Shown: one piece after another, positions 63,319 to 64,000 of the stretch
How the letters are laid out: every line of letters begins with the position of its first letter
Position numbering within the stretch: position 1 is the first letter of the stretch
Assembly: GCF_900105765.1 (NCBI RefSeq)
Contig: NZ_FNTX01000001.1
Span: 1,086,387 to 1,150,386 of the forward strand
From: Ruania alba
GTDB taxonomy: Bacteria > Actinomycetota > Actinomycetes > Actinomycetales > Beutenbergiaceae
DNA: 64,000 nucleotides
Direction: 5' to 3'
Notes under the pieces: model-generated
Told to the model about the DNA's origin: nothing
The model's input: only the letters and a program-made list of their open reading frames with translations
Databases searched by the model: none
Position numbers and translations under genes: made by a program

Positions 63319-64000
63319 CTTGACCGCCGTGGCGGGTCCACTGCGCACCGACCGAACGGGACTCGGCGCATTCAATGTGGTGCACCTCGAGCACGGCGGG
63401 GCGTTCGTGGCGGCCGCCGAACGTGCCGGCCGGCCGGTGGTGCTGCAGGTGAGCCAGAACGCCGTGAAGTTCCACGGCGCCCTGGCACCCCTCGGGACGG
63501 CGGTGCTCGCCCTGGCCCGGGCGGCGTCGGTGGACGTGGTGGTGCACCTGGATCACGCCGACGACGTCACTCTCGTCCGCGAGGCGATCGACCTGGGTTT
63601 CACGTCGGTGATGTACGACGGGTCGAAGCTGCCGGCCGACGAGAACCTGGCGACCACGGCGGAGGTGGTGCGCCTCGCCCACGACCGCGGTGTGTCCGTG
63701 GAGGCCGAGCTCGGGGAGATCGGTGGCAAGAACGGGGTGCACGACCCGTCCACCCGCACCGACCCTGCCGAGGCGGCTCAGTTCGTGGCCGAGACAGGGG
63801 TGGACCTGCTGGCCGTGGCGGTGGGCTCCTCGCATGCGATGACCTCCCGCGGTGCCGTGCTGGACACCGACCTGATCGCCGAGATCGCGGCGGCTGTGGA
63901 CGTGCCGTTGGTGCTGCACGGGTCCTCCGGGGTGAGCGACGAGGGAATGCGGGCGGCGATCGAGGCGGGGATGACGAAGATCAACGTCTCGACCCACCTG
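63305..64000 (+). CDS. class II fructose/tagatose-bisphosphate aldolase (KbaY/GatY-like), 3' end beyond window
   Basis: FNVVHLE, HLDHADD and EAELGEIGG metal/catalytic motifs. Not in the ORF track (open at the window edge). Confidence 0.8.
   Translation, partial: MPLADLTAVAGPLRTDRTGLGAFNVVHLEHGGAFVAAAERAGRPVVLQVSQNAVKFHGALAPLGTAVLALARAASVDVVVHLDHADDVTLVREAIDLGFTSVMYDGSKLPADENLATTAEVVRLAHDRGVSVEAELGEIGGKNGVHDPSTRTDPAEAAQFVAETGVDLLAVAVGSSHAMTSRGAVLDTDLIAEIAAAVDVPLVLHGSSGVSDEGMRAAIEAGMTKINVSTHL

Overview
High-GC (about 70-72 %) actinobacterial chromosome segment that is mostly core metabolism, with several accessory patches. Genes, left to right: the start of ctaA (heme A synthase) and an ABC-2 exporter. 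The complete Fe-S assembly operon sufR-sufB-sufD-(Rieske ferredoxin)-sufC-sufS-sufU-sufT plus a coupled small membrane protein. A DUF222/HNH endonuclease (REP13E12-like) with a duplicated 5' remnant, a GNAT, a DUF368 protein and an ABC-F ATPase. SURF1 with two small coupled proteins, then fabG(mabA)-inhA. A GyrI-like protein, then a sugar-ABC importer / PadR / cytoplasmic sulfatase operon. A SixA-like phosphatase, serB, glgC and glgA. An NfeD-SPFH (stomatin) pair. Two fused ABC exporter half-transporters separated by a perfectly tandem-duplicated 89-bp unit, followed by a GT4 glycosyltransferase. A SpoU RNA methyltransferase, the histidine-utilisation genes hutH-hutU-hutI-hutG, and a GntR / NanE-like TIM-barrel / membrane-protein operon. 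A low-GC, AGG-codon-rich patch encoding a secreted SH3b-alpha/beta-hydrolase. A LacI / GH32 / sugar-ABC fructan-sucrose locus, a TetR-SDR divergent pair, a strongly acidic secreted repeat protein and a 5'-3' exonuclease. Finally a DeoR / SIS / ROK / PfkB / class-II aldolase ketose(amine)-phosphate cluster. No rRNA, CRISPR or intact mobile element was found, and no tRNA-like sequence was seen in the intergenic regions inspected. Three independent -1 frameshifts (sufR, glgA, ROK kinase) all sit in C or G homopolymers, pointing to systematic homopolymer under-calling rather than real pseudogenes. The most unusual structure is the tandem 89-bp unit between the two ABC exporter genes: each copy is a 30-codon ORF chained to its neighbours by ATGA/GTGA stop-start overlaps. 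Many long ORFs in the track, such as the 1873-aa ORF antisense to the ABC exporters, are GC-driven antisense artefacts.
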